This document shows, one piece after another, positions 23,309 to 35,563 of a stretch of DNA of 64,000 bases (within the stretch, counting starts at the first letter, position 1; the number at the start of each line of letters is the position of its first letter). The notes under the pieces were generated by a model. The model worked only from the letters and a program-made list of their open reading frames with translations. It ran no database searches and had not been told where the DNA came from. Made by a program: the position numbers and the translations under genes. Source of the DNA: Anthoceros angustus (taxonomy: Eukaryota; Plantae; Anthocerotophyta); contig MU008173.1 in assembly GCA_010909165.1 (NCBI GenBank), positions 620,001-684,000 on the forward strand, written 5' to 3'.

Positions 23309-23998
23309 CTACGAATCTGGATTTAATCGCTTTCTAAGGATGTAAATACTGTTTTCGGGGAAAGCATAGCCTGGATGCAATTCTGCCCGAGGGACCTCTG
23401 TGACAAAGAAAAGCTCTGGACATCGTCTCCAGAAAAGGGCATGTGCTTCAGGAGACCTCAACTGATACCCCAGCAGAATGACAGTGTCAGGCCCTGCCAA
23501 CGCGCTCATCGTTGTCAACAAGGGCTGCACCAGGTCCTCCATGTAAACCACATCTGTAGCAACCACGACATCAAATGGCGGCTTCAACGCATCGATTTGC
23601 TTGCTGTTACCCCAATAAAGTTGCGCAACCTTCACTTTCCCAGCCTTGCTTCCCGCCTTCCCTGCAGACGCAAGGCAGGTTGCCGCGACATTCTTCTTCA
23701 CGTTGCGCTTCAAGGCAGGCATTACTGGCTGAATATCTGTGAGCGTGACATTCAAGCCCATGAGTGCCAATCCCAGACCTGCCACCCCGCAGCCTGTGCC
23801 AAGGTCCACCGCCCGCTTCGCCTCAATTCCTGGGAGCGATCCGCTTTGCTCAGTCCTGCACCTCTCAACCCACTTCACAAGCACCAGCGAAGACTCCCAC
23901 ACAGAGGTCCCCACGTGCATGGACCCATTGTCCTGCTCAAACCGCAGAACCTCCCCTCCCACCGGCAGCTCTACCACTGGGGACCCTGTGTAGCGCAT
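23309..23998 (-). CDS. METTL21-family protein lysine methyltransferase
   Basis: QDNGSMHVGTSVW, SAM motif AVDLGTGCGVAG, LYWG and FDVVVATDVVY. ATG at 23998 (MRYTGSPV). Confidence 0.92.
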   Translation of the reverse strand: MRYTGSPVVELPVGGEVLRFEQDNGSMHVGTSVWESSLVLVKWVERCRTEQSGSLPGIEAKRAVDLGTGCGVAGLGLALMGLNVTLTDIQPVMPALKRNVKKNVAATCLASAGKAGSKAGKVKVAQLYWGNSKQIDALKPPFDVVVATDVVYMEDLVQPLLTTMSALAGPDTVILLGYQLRSPEAHALFWRRCPELFFVTEVPRAELHPGYAFPENSIYILRKRLNPDS

Positions 23999-24041
23999 CA
24001 ATATAGCTGGTCGGGACACCTGCTTGACTACCCGACAGATT

Positions 24042-24254
24042 AACGCTGACAATCCAAGGATCCCGTCCGGTTTGTCGAGCTGACGAAGAGACGGTATTCA
24101 GCCCTACTCTTCAACGCTGACAATCCAAGGGTCTGCTGTCCGGTTTGTCGAGCTGACGAAGAGACGGTATTCAGCCCTACTCTTCAACGCTGACAATCCA
24201 AGGATCTGCTGTCCGGTTTCTCGAGCTGACGAAGAGTATTGAGCCCTACTCTTT
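24042..24254. repeat. Three tandem 69-73 bp units between the divergent METTL21-like and RTEL1 genes
   Basis: AACGCTGACAATCCAAGG... starts at 24042, 24113 and 24186. Confidence 0.95.
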
Positions 24255-24425
24255 CACCGGAACGTATATAAGTGCCCAACACCGTGGGTTTTACAGGGAC
24301 TGCTGATATCTTGTGATATCTTCCTCATCAAGTTTGAAGAAAATCCGAGGTCCCAACGCGCTTGCATCAAGTCAGGAGCGAAGGGTTGTTGATTCATGCC
24401 TGATGAGTCACAGTAAATCAAGACC

Positions 24426-27400
24426 ATGCCGTCATATAGAATTGGAGGGATCAACGTGCAATTTCCATTCGATGCCTACGATTGTCAGCTGGTATACATG
24501 GAGCGTGTCATACATGCTCTTCAGCAGGTTCAAAATTTTCTGACCGATGGAGCTCATACCGGAGTAGGAGTTGCGTGAGAGGATATTTTTGTCGATGGTG
24601 CCAAGCGTTTGATTTGAATTTGATGCTCAGAATGGGCAGAAGGAGATCACTTTCCAACCCTAAACGGGGATATGATGATACTTCTAATACCATAGCACTT
24701 CTTTGAATTGCGTAGGGTCGAAATGCATTACTGGAAAGCCCGACGGGCACAGGAAAGACACTCTGCCTGCTCTGTGCCACTTTGGCTTGGAGGGAGAGCC
24801 TGGCAGCTTCTGTAGGTTCTCATCAGTCATATTCCCAAACTGGCGAGAGAACGGGCTTGAGTCAATTGGAGCCTGGTGGCCCAAAGTTGCCCATGATAAT
24901 TTACGCATCCCGCACACACAGTCAGCTTCAACAAGTCATCGGTGAACTCAAGGTTACTGCATATAGGTATTGCTCCATGTTTTCTGTATGGTTTGTACTG
25001 CAGTGCCCTGTTATCAACCATTGATTAACCATCTTTATGAGCACCGTTACACAACTTTCAGGCTAAGCTGAGCAACTTTGCAGACCGAAGATGGTGGTGC
25101 TGGGGTCCAGGGAGCAAATGTGTATAAATCCCAGTATACGCAGTCTTCGGGGGCGTGTTCAGAATCATGCTTGCCGTGCACTAACAAAATCTCGGTCATG
25201 CCACCATCACAATCGCGTTGCTGGTACGTCAAATGCATCTTCTGGTTTCAACCCAAGGATAGAGGCTGTTTGCCCCTTGATGTTACACATGGTTGCTCTG
25301 CAGACTACCTAAAAGCCCATCCAGAGCTTGGTGATGAGCCCATAGACATTGAAGATTTGGTCACCATTGGCAAGACACAGGGCCCGTAAGTGTTATTTTT
25401 TGCAGGATGCTTGCTGGTTTTGCACAAACTGCTGGTGAGTACAATGCTCACAGATAACTGCAATGGTGGCAGGTGCCCGTATTATCTTTCTCGTGAGCTG
25501 CACAACACTGTTGATCTCATGTTCGTGCCATACAACTACCTCATTGATAAGGAGAATCGGCGTTCCCTCACAGGCATAAGCTGGGAGAGGACAGTGCTTA
25601 TTTTTGATGAGGCACACAACCTTGTAAGAAAGATCAAATATGGTTTTATATACATGAGCTCTGTTCCTTCTTCTGTGTTCCTTTCTGCTGAACAGAGAAG
25701 TTATTAACCACAACAACAGGACACTTATATAGATTTCTTTGTAGGAAGGCATCTGTGCAGATGCGTCCTCTTTCGATTTGCCTGCATCACACTTGACTGC
25801 TTGCATTGTGGAGGCAAAGCAATGTGTGGACCTGGCTCTTGCCCGTAGAGCAACTGATAATGCTGCTGATACGTCCCTGGACCCAGACAACTTTGCTGTG
25901 CTTCAAGGTGACAAAGAATGCTGCTTTTCCAGTTGAGGTTGTCGTCATTTTTCCATGAAGTGGTCTGCAAGTGCTGACTTTCAGTGGTCTTTTTGTCCAG
26001 CTCTCCTTCTGGAGCTAGAGAAGAGGATCACTGATGTGGATATAGGATCACAGGAGCTGGGGTTAACAAAGCCGGGGCCATATATTTATGAGTTTCTGGA
26101 GGAAATTAAGATCACCTGGGAAACAGTGACCATGCTCATAGATACTATTGATCAGGCTACTGAACTTCTCCAGGATGGTAAGTTGATCCATGCTTCTTTT
26201 GTCATTCAACCATTTCATCTCCTAAGTCACCAGCTATAAAGCTTCTGTTGGTGAGGCAGAAGCAACAACCAAATCTGTCAGGTTTCCCACAAGTTCATCT
26301 TATCGCCTTCAAGGCCTACGCGATGCGTTGAGGCTCATTTTCAGGGGTACTGATCGCTCACATGCTACTTGCTACCGAGTAAGATGAAATTGTCTGTTGT
26401 CCTCTGGCCACCTGTATGTTTTGTGAAGGCTGGATAGGTGAATTGCTAAAGGGCGGACTGTTGTGAATTAGGTGCACATTCATGAGTCTCGAAGCAGAGA
26501 AGGAGATCGCAGTGCTGCAAAAGGTTTTTCTCAGCCTTTCCCTCCTTTGCTCTCCCCTATCACAAATATGTCTGCAAAAATGTTTTTGCGTTAAAAGCAA
26601 GCTCCTTTGCTGCATGAACCCTTATCAAATTTAGGATCAAAGAATGCGCGTATCCTGAGCTGGTGGTGTTTCAATCCTGGAATTGCAATGGAGGAGTTTG
26701 CACGGTTGGGTGTCAGATCTGTAATTCTGACGTCTGGGACACTGAGCCCTATGGATTCTTTTGCCATGGAGTTAAATTTGTAAGTCTTCCTACTCATTTA
26801 CCTGTGCCTTAATGAGGTGGAGAGGGGAATTATAAAGCCGTTCTTTTATTGGAATGTTGTTAAGGCAGTGAGACTTGATTGTTCCTTATCATGTAGGCCT
26901 TTCAATATTCGACTTGAAAATCCTCATGTCATCGGACCAAGCCAAATATGGGTTGGTGTGCTTCCAGTGGGGCCATATGGCAGGCCCTTGAACTCGTCTT
27001 ATCGGAGCAGGGATTCACCGGAATATAAGCTTGAGCTGGGAAATACCATTGGTAAGATTCTGGCCAGCTGTCTGATGCGACGTAAATTTGTCTGAGGCGA
27101 TTCGGAAATCTGAGGGTTGTTTATTTCCATCTCTTCAGTAAATCTTGCAAGGATAGTCCCAGATGGTGTTCTCGTGTTCTTCCCATCCTACTACCTTCTC
27201 AATTCCTGCATTGAAGCATGGCAAAGTCAGGTAGCTTCCCTTGTTTTTCTTTGTTTCTCAAACTTCTCTGAACCCTGAGTTTTCTGAGCTTGATGGCTGT
27301 ATGGTTTAAGAGGGCAGAGCCCTCTTTCTACAGGGAGCACGACTACTGTATGGGAAAGAATCTGCAAGCACAAGCAACCAGTAATAGAGCCTAAGGAGTC

Positions 27401-30056
27401 TGAACTGTTTAATCTGGCTATGGAGGTACTGGCGCTCAATCACGTTTGGCAATCAGATGAGGCATTCCGGATTGCTACTAAAATCAAGTTGTCCATGTGC
27501 AGGACTTTACTACAAAATTGAAAGCGACCTTTTCCACAGGAGCTATTTTCTTTGCTGTCTGCCGTGGGAAGGTTTGAAGACCTGCTGTCTCATGCTGTTA
27601 CAGAAATTTGCTGCACATCATTACAAGAATTCTCCTTGTCAGCTCAATGAAGTCGAGAGTGTCAAAATCCCCAGTTATTGATCTGGAAAAAGCTTTCAGG
27701 TCAGTGAGGGGTTGGACTTCGCAGATCGAGCAGGACGGGCTGTAGTTGTTACGGGAATCCCTTATGCTATGAAGACAGATCCAAAGGTGTGCTCGTTTGC
27801 TTATCTGAACTCCAGCTTGGCACCCCTGTGGACTTTCAGTAGCAGCTAGTGGATAGGATATGCTGCTGAGCCACTGTGTCCTCATGAATCACTTTGGCTG
27901 CAAAAACAGGTGCGGTTGAAGCGGGAATACTTGGATGAGCAAGTCCGACTGCAGCAGAACAAATCAAAGCAGGTCCGTCCTTTACTGTTCAGTTAAGAAT
28001 CAGTCTGTACAACAGGTTGTTGGCAAAAGAAGAGAGCATTGGTTACCCACGCCTCATGCAAACTTTTTGGTGCAACGTAAATATGAGTGTAGCTGAGTTG
28101 CTGTTCCCCTTTAAATCGTGTATAATGCAGGTATTGAAGGGAGAAGAATGGTATGTACAGCAAGCAGCAAGGGCTGTGAACCAAGCAGTGGGACGTGTTA
28201 TCCGCCACCGAGATGACTATGGTGCTATCATCTTGTGTGATGAAAGGTCTGAGTGTGTCTTTGTTCAGTATAGCTCGGTGCTTTTGTTAGAACTTTCAGC
28301 ACCTGAGATTGATCGGTACCTAGTGCTTTCAGATTCAGTCAAGGGAGCGCTCAAAGTCAGATGTCTCTGTGGCTCAGGCCTCATGTCAGGGTATGCCCGA
28401 AGCTCATGCCGACGAACTTTCATTGCAAGCATGTCTTCATTGTCGGATGGCCCTGACAAATCTTCATCCGAAATCTGTGCAGTGTTATACAAAATTCGGG
28501 GATGCTTCATACTCTCTCACCAGATTTTTCAGAGATCGGAATCCAACAGAGGATGTCTTACTTCCAAAGAGTATTAATTTCGCCTGCGCTCTACTGAACT
28601 TAAGATACTCTTGGTCCTTTCAACAGAGCCTGGTTTGCTCGTTTTGATTGGTATTCGGACATGCACCTGAGTATCAAGTTCTTTCGCTACTTGCGTTGTT
28701 GCAGAGAACTTGAAGGACGACCATGTAAATCCTCATGGAGAAACCAAAATAGTGGCTCAAGCTTCATGTGTCTCAATGCCCACAATTCCTCATGGTTTGT
28801 CAACCTTCCCCTGACATTGTGTATTACTACCAACTTCGGAAAGAGGATGTTTCTCATTTTCAGCTGTGCATAGTAGGAGAAAGAAACGTCCAGCTTGTCG
28901 AAGATGAGACGAGAGCTTCCGGCTATGAAGTTTTGGGACGAAGGACTACAACAGTGTCGGTATGGCAAGCAAAACTCTTGCGTAGATGTTACAGCTACGA
29001 GTGGTACTTAAGGCCTGACGCAACATGGTGTGTGGCTTCAGGGACAACTTGGTATACATGGTGCTGAAACAGGTGGCAGTGCCACCACGTCACGCCCCTC
29101 TCTTTCAGCCATGCTTGCAGCTACTCGCCAAAAGGCTGGAGCTCAGCTCTTGAGTACAGCATCCATCACCCCAGCACACCAGGCAATAGGTGCGAAGAAT
29201 ACTGTGAACGCAGCAAAAAGTGCCCAGGCCAAGAACACGGGCACAAAGGCTCCCCCATTGGACAAACCGTGGGGATTAGAAAGGCATGCGTTCAACCTTG
29301 CTACCAACGGGAACCAGGTTGCTGACACGTCCAAAGGTAGCAGTGTTAAAGCCGCTAGCACAGCTGAAAGAAAGGAAGGCTCATCGAAAACCAGTGAAGG
29401 CAAGGAGAAAGTTGCAAAAGAGTTTCTGAAAGAGGTATGCTTAGACATCCAGGTCTCTGATAGTGCCTTTTCAGCCATTTCAAAGTATTCATTCAAGTCT
29501 CTGCATCAACTGTCTGACCAGGTGAAAGCCCGGCTGAGTATTTTGGAGTTCAACAGCTTCTTGACGTGCATGAAAAACTTGAAAAGCCAACCACTGGACA
29601 TCACCAAGGTCATTGACACGGTCGCAAACATATTTTCTGCACCTGAGCGGATGTTTCTGCTCACAAGGTACACTCCCTCTCGTTTCCCTCCCCGTGAATC
29701 CTTCATTCGTTACTGTCTTACACGGTGGTAATTTATCCAATTAAAACTCCAGATTTGCCGAGTTCGTCCCCCCGCAGCACCGTCTTTTCTACGAAGAGCG
29801 TCTTGCTGCCCGAGAAGAGGAAGTTAGAAAGCTGACCGGTACGACTTTCCTTACCCCAGTCCTGTCACGTTGCCAAATCTCCATACTCTAAGCAGCTAGG
29901 AATTGCACAGGAGGTGTGCCCGAGCCGCCCATCGATAATGGCAGCAAGAGAGGCATGAAGCGGCCATCCAAGTTTGCCCTAGCGTCACTCCCTCTAGCCA
30001 GTAGGAAGGCTTCCTCCGCGCAAAGACATGATCCGAAAGCCACCCGAGACGAGTAG
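24426..30056 (+). CDS. RTEL1: RTEL1 Fe-S DNA helicase, multi-exon
   Basis: [21 protein letters not shown]; ESPTGTGKT (Walker A); Fe-S cysteines [10 protein letters not shown]...ACR...SC and CPYYLSR; LIFDEAHN; [24 protein letters not shown]; C-terminal harmonin-like helical domain. Stop at 30054-30056. Internal exon limits not all resolved. Confidence 0.95.
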
Positions 30057-30950
30057 GCTGCCGTCAGATCTTCTCTAAGGGAAGCAAGGATTTAGAGCTG
30101 TACCTAATAACTTAGTGCGATCCACTACAACGGCACTGGAGAGAAAGTGGGTGGGAGCCACATGCTTTGAGCTCAGTTTCAGCGAAGCAGGAGGGCTCCG
30201 AGTCCGAGGTGGAGCACATCTCTTACCCTGTCCGGATTGGTGTTCCGGGCGGTAGTATCCCGGCTTCCCGGGACGCACTTGGCTGGTGGCGGACTTGGCT
30301 CAATCAGTGGTCCCAAGGCTCCACGCATGCATATCATCCGTAAGTGTGCAAATCAACCGAAGAAGAAGTGGAGCAAGGGATGCAGAGAGGGGTGGCGACA
30401 GAGGGAGAGAAGAGTAAGGCGGTGGACGGCATACGGAAAAAGACGCGAGGACATTGCACTCCCTGAGGTTTTGATGACGAGATTGCACTCCAGGAGGTTT
30501 TTAAGACAGTGAGCACCGTGGCCTGCTCAACATCACAGGCACTCCATACTCAGCCATGTGCTTCTCGGGCCTCGTGCGGCTCGGGGCCGCCGTGGGATAT
30601 CCGTCGATAAAGTATTGTCGCCAGTTTGAAGCGACACAATGCAGTTCAAATTTCGAACGTAAGCCAAGACAAAAATGCCCGAATTAGCGCCCAATTTATC
30701 TCACTGGGCCCCGGAGCCAGCCGCTCCACACGGCATGTGCACAGCGCATGAGACCCATGACCAGTCTCTCATCAGTCTGGTGAGTGGAACGAGCGAGACG
30801 TGCTGGCCTTTGCGCACCACCACCACCTCCTGGCTGCGGCGTCCCGCACGGACTCCCTGCGCCTCCACCTTCCGCACATAACCGCCGGGGACCGGCTTTG
30901 GACAGGGCTGTGGGGCGGGAGCGGCTCTGCTCCCATTTTGAGCTCGCAAG

Positions 30951-31923
30951 ATGAGCGCGCTGTCGCGCACGGAGGCTGCGCACCAGAAATACAGGGAGGG
31001 ACGATACGAGGATGCGCTGCTGCTCTACTCCACGGCCCTCGGCTTGGCGACGCAGAGGTCGCATCGGATCGCTCTCCACAGCAACCGCGCTGCTTGCTAC
31101 CTCAAGATTCACAGCTTCCAGCAGGTAGCTGAGCTGCGCGCTTTTGCTGGAGTTGCAACCGTGCTGGATCGGGATTTCCGCCGCGGATTGCGAGTTTTGG
31201 CGTGATTCCGCTTTCTTGAGCGGCAGCAGGGGGGAGGGGGATGCTCGTGATGTCTCTTTTCTTTTTCCGGTGCATGTCTGATTTGAGGCTCTCTCGGGGC
31301 GCAGGCAGCTGAAGAATGCTCGGCTGTGCTGGAGCTGGACCCCAAGCATGCAGGCGCCTTGATGCTCAGAGCGCAGACTCTTGTTGCGCTGAAAGACTAC
31401 CAGTCTGCCTTGTTTGATGTCAACAGGCTGATTGAGATAAATCCTTCCTCAGATGCGTACCGGAACCTTCAAGCGCGACTTAGAACTCAGCTGGTCTGCT
31501 TTTACAATGTCCCCGGCCGCTTCTAGTTTTGAATCATTGGCACGCGATTTTGGTATGGATGCTTTCCACGGCCTCATCAGCATGTTATAAGTGACGTTCG
31601 ATGTGTGTGCGCAGTGTCTGACGACAATTCCGGAGGTTGACAGTGAAGCTCCTTCGGAAGTGGAGGATGTGTCTCCTCCAGATTCACCTAACAGCAGGGC
31701 TCTGGGATCATCTTCCCCTACCACAACTTTACCTCCTCAGCCGGAAGAACCGCCAGCTAAGGAAGTGAAGGGATGGGAAGCCATTTCAAAACCCAAGGGT
31801 CACTCCGGGGTTGACTACTCTCGGTGGGGAAGCATTGGAGATGATTTAAGCGATGAAGAGGAGGAGGACGACTCTCAACCTCAGTATCAGTATCGGTTGC
31901 GGACAGTAGTGAAACTGCAATAA
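30951..31923 (+). CDS. TPR-domain protein, 3 exons (30951-31124, 31305-31493, 31615-31923)
   Basis: TPR helices (LHSNRAACYLK; ALMLRAQTLV), GT-AG introns in phase 0, and the C-terminal KPKGHSGVDYSRW...QPQY motif. Confidence 0.88.
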
Positions 31924-32626
31924 CAGTGGTGGCTTGGTGGAGGTTGCTCACTATGGAAACCGAGCACAAGGAATTTGCGTGTGGTCCATGAAGCCAATTG
32001 CCAGGTCGTTCAACTTGGAGTGGTTACCCTACAGGATTCCGAAAACAGACATGAAGTGATCCTCTCCCTTTCAGCAAGTTATGTATGTACTATAGATTAA
32101 GAAGGCCGGTAGAGAGCTCTATGAGGTGTGGATTTCTTCTACGGCACCTTGTGTACTAGTATTTATTTCTTTGAGCCAGCTTGATGTCTGGTCTCGCTGT
32201 GTGTGTGAATCGATATCCAGCTGACTCTGTCTTCCTTGAAACCCTCCGTTCTCTCTCAAGTCTTCCAGCTCCCTAACGTTCTGAAGCCTGCTGAAACCCG
32301 ATGTTCGCACACTTCCCGAAAATATTTTCATATTCTTACGTTCAGTAAATGAGGTCTTAGTCCACGACACCAGAGCGCAAGTGGGCAGTACGATCATTGC
32401 ACGGAGCTACTATTCTTCGATATTTGGCTCTCCGTTCGTACTGGCCACACCTGTCCCCTGGCGACCCGCCGATGAATCGCTTCTTAGCACGTCGCTGGCG
32501 CACGCGCTCCCATTTAGGGCTTAAGCAGGTTCGTTCGAGGTGAGCATTTACATATGTATCTGGAGTCCTGAACTCAGGCTGGTGGAGACTGCATCGCGTT
32601 GCAACGTATCAGACAAGGAGGCTCCA

Positions 32627-33532
32627 ATGGCGGACGAGGTTAAGGATGCAACCAAGGATGCGACCGACAGCGAGGGACAGTCCTTTGTGGAGAAGGTGAA
32701 GGAGTTCGTGCACGACATTGGAGAGAAGATTGAGGAGGCCATCGGATTCGGGAAGCCAACTGCGCACGTCGCAGGGTTTCACCTGCCGGCCATCAGTCTG
32801 AAGCAGGCGGATGTTATTATTGAGCTGCTCATCAAGAACCCCAACCCGCTGCCCATACCCCTGGTGGACATCAACTACAGCATTGAGAGCGGGAAGAACC
32901 ACATTGTGTCGGGCAAAATTCCAGATGCCGGCACCATCAAGGCTCACGGATCTGAGACCATCAAGATCCCTCTCACGTTGATCTTCAAGGAGCTGGTGGA
33001 CACGTTCGATGACTTCGAGCCCGGGGAGGTGTTCCCCTACAAGGTCAAGGTAGATCTCATTGCTGATGTGCCCGTTTTCGGACAGATCACCCTGCCTTTG
33101 GAGAAGGAAGGGGAGTTTCCGATCCCGGAGAAGCCGGATGTGGACGTCGAGAAGGTTGTTTGGGATCATCTTTCGTTGGAGGAGACAGCCGCGACTGTGC
33201 ACCTCAAGGTGGAGAACTTGAATAAGTTCGACATTGGGATCAACAAGCTGGACTACCAGCTCACATTGGCCGGGGTGCCAGTCGGTAAGGCTGTCCTGGG
33301 CGAGTCCGCTAAGATTGGGGCCAAGGGTGTGTCCTACCTGGATCTTCCCATCTCCTTCCGGCCAAAGGATTTTGGGGGAGCCCTGTGGGACATCATCAGG
33401 GGTAGGGGCACCGGCTACGACTTCTTCGGAAGCCTCGAGGCAGACACTCCCTTCGGCCCCATGCACTTGCCGTTCGGCAAAGAGGGAGGCGAGACAAAGT
33501 TGAGGAAGGCTGATGACAAGGATGATGATTGA
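32627..33532 (+). CDS. LEA_2 (LEA14/WHy) double-domain desiccation-related protein
   Basis: Two LEA_2 domains (KNPNPLPIPLVDINY...; KVENLNKFDIGINKLDY...) and an acidic tail KADDKDDD. ATG at 32627. Confidence 0.93.
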   Translation: MADEVKDATKDATDSEGQSFVEKVKEFVHDIGEKIEEAIGFGKPTAHVAGFHLPAISLKQADVIIELLIKNPNPLPIPLVDINYSIESGKNHIVSGKIPDAGTIKAHGSETIKIPLTLIFKELVDTFDDFEPGEVFPYKVKVDLIADVPVFGQITLPLEKEGEFPIPEKPDVDVEKVVWDHLSLEETAATVHLKVENLNKFDIGINKLDYQLTLAGVPVGKAVLGESAKIGAKGVSYLDLPISFRPKDFGGALWDIIRGRGTGYDFFGSLEADTPFGPMHLPFGKEGGETKLRKADDKDDD

Positions 33533-34487
33533 TTTGAATGAAGGTGAGATTGGTAGCATTTATCTGTGGCACCCCTGCCCGCCTCCTTTTGTGTGTCGTG
33601 TCCTCACAGACGGCAAGCACACTATTCTAGCTTGAGCTTGATTGACCGGAAGGCCGAAGGTAGGCAGGAGCCACCGATGATGTTGGTAACCAGCCGGCGG
33701 TATTAGACTGCAAGGGACAGATTTTTATTACCACCAGGGCTAGTAGAGAGCTTGCACGAGGTGAGGGGATTTTGTTATGTCAGACCCCACGCTCGTGCTT
33801 TAGTGCTTCACAGCCTCACTGGCATGGCTGTTCCTAACCCATGGGTTGTTGTACATGTTGCTCCGATTATAGCTACAATGCTAGAAACACGTTATATGAA
33901 TGTCTCAAATCGCAACGGGGAAGCAGCAACCCTGCAAAGAACTGTCATGATCTCGAGTTACATATATACTGATAGTTAAAGTCAGACACGAATGAAACCA
34001 CATTAGTCGGGTCGGGGCTGGCTCCTTGCAATAGGAGGAGAGGACGTGAAAAACTAGCTTGGTCAGAACCTTAAAAATTGCCTGGCGTACACGCCCTTGC
34101 CGTCATGCTTCAGTTCGACTTCACGGACTGGCAGAGCGAAATGTTTCCAGACAACAAAAAGTTCGACCTTCCATAAAACAGGAATGATAACAGAGTTCTT
34201 GACATAGCCGGGGCATTTCACTAAAACGCAAGGCATGGATAAAATGGAACCCATGGATGGAGGTAGTAAAGAAGACATCGCCTGTATCCAAGAAAATAGA
34301 TCATCCGTCCATAAAACTGCCACAGAAACAATGATCCAAGAACTCATATTCAAACGACATGATACAGAACAAAATTTTGACGGGATCCTCTTGACCCGGT
34401 CTGAGCTAAGGCTGCCACATTGCTGCCAACAATTGTCCTCAAACTGTCGCCCCATCAGTTCCCTGCCCTGAAAGAGTGTAGCCTGGC

Positions 34488-35345
34488 CTAAATTGTCTGA
34501 GCAGCAGTGTTGAGTGTCTCCGCAAGAGTTAGTTGTGTTCTCGTCAAATTCGCCAAGTAAAGTACAAGTAGCAAGTCCTGGATGCTCTCGTTGAACAATT
34601 TGTCAAAAGCATCTGATCCAATCCTTGGAACCGAGGCAAGAGTGTCAGCCAGATACCTCCCGATGGTGTTGTCCGCAGGTACTCTTCCATCCACAACACT
34701 ATCAACGTATGCCAGTACAGTGTCAATCATGCCTTTCAGCCTCTCCATTGAAGCTCCCAGCCCTTCCAGATCATTCGGCAGCTTGTCAACCATTGTCTTC
34801 TTCAACACGTCAAAACCAACCCGTTCCGCTTCCAGCATCCTTAGGTCAAGCTGGATCTCATGAAACTGTGCGGCTAGTGGCCGATCTCCAAGAGTCAGGG
34901 ATGTGGAGACATAAGCCTTGATGTTTGCCTTCTCATCAGAGAAGGTCGTGTCCACTGTCAAATGGACGGGGTTGGGAGGCGCCTCCCTGGCGTAGAAGTC
35001 ATGGATGAGGGCATCGCTGCTAGACACACCATATCCAGTGGAATACCAGCCGACGATGACCTCCTTCATATTCACTCTTTGATGTAGATCGAACATGGTG
35101 CGATGGTAATCGATGTCCACAGCCACCTGATCAAGGGATTCGTTGTGCGGCACCGCGTAGGAGTTGCGAATCTCCACCACTCCATCTCCAGACACACTGC
35201 CCAGCAGAGTGCCAATAACCCTCTCCTGCTGATCATTGCGCCTGATGTAAGAGTCGCATATGTTGAAGAGCACTGTAGGATGCAGCTTGGCAACCACACC
35301 TGTCGGCCCAGAGGGCAAGTGCAACACCGCGTTTTGAGACGCCAT
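34488..35345 (-). CDS. eIF3f: Translation initiation factor 3 subunit F (MPN domain), intronless
   Basis: LHPTVLFNICDSYIRRNDQQERVIGTLLGS...NSYAVPH...EVIVGWYSTG...QDLLLVLYLANLTRTQL. Confidence 0.96.
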   Translation of the reverse strand: MASQNAVLHLPSGPTGVVAKLHPTVLFNICDSYIRRNDQQERVIGTLLGSVSGDGVVEIRNSYAVPHNESLDQVAVDIDYHRTMFDLHQRVNMKEVIVGWYSTGYGVSSSDALIHDFYAREAPPNPVHLTVDTTFSDEKANIKAYVSTSLTLGDRPLAAQFHEIQLDLRMLEAERVGFDVLKKTMVDKLPNDLEGLGASMERLKGMIDTVLAYVDSVVDGRVPADNTIGRYLADTLASVPRIGSDAFDKLFNESIQDLLLVLYLANLTRTQLTLAETLNTAAQTI

Positions 35346-35563
35346 GGCTCCCTCCCGCAAGAAGCTCTGCGCAAATTGGACGATCTGAGGAAACCCTAAG
35401 TGATGATATTTATATGTAACAGGTCTGGAAATCCCTAAGACAATGTGGAAGTGCCTAGTGTGCGTTGCGACGGCAGGTCCAAGCCCACCCTAACGAGCTC
35501 TGCTTGCTATTGTGCTGCCCTACGCTGAAAGCTGGATCATCGATTCTCTGCGGTTTGCGAAAC
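35346..35563. promoter_or_regulatory. Bidirectional promoter/5' UTRs of eIF3f and eIF3g with telo-box and site II
   Basis: 218 bp between the two ATGs. Telo-box AAACCCTAA at 35391-35399, a variant AATCCCTAA near 35431, and site II AGCCCA at 35482-35487. Confidence 0.7.

Noticed and set aside
30075-30560. Small spliced antisense gene converging on RTEL1
   Set aside because: Some splice-like sites exist, but one implied intron is only 29 nt and no recognisable peptide results.
32609-33559. Long antisense ORFs over LEA_2 (and similarly over tufA 38621-39736 and NUP35 22106-22810)
   Set aside because: Shadow ORFs expected from GC3-rich coding sequence on the opposite strand; no motifs.
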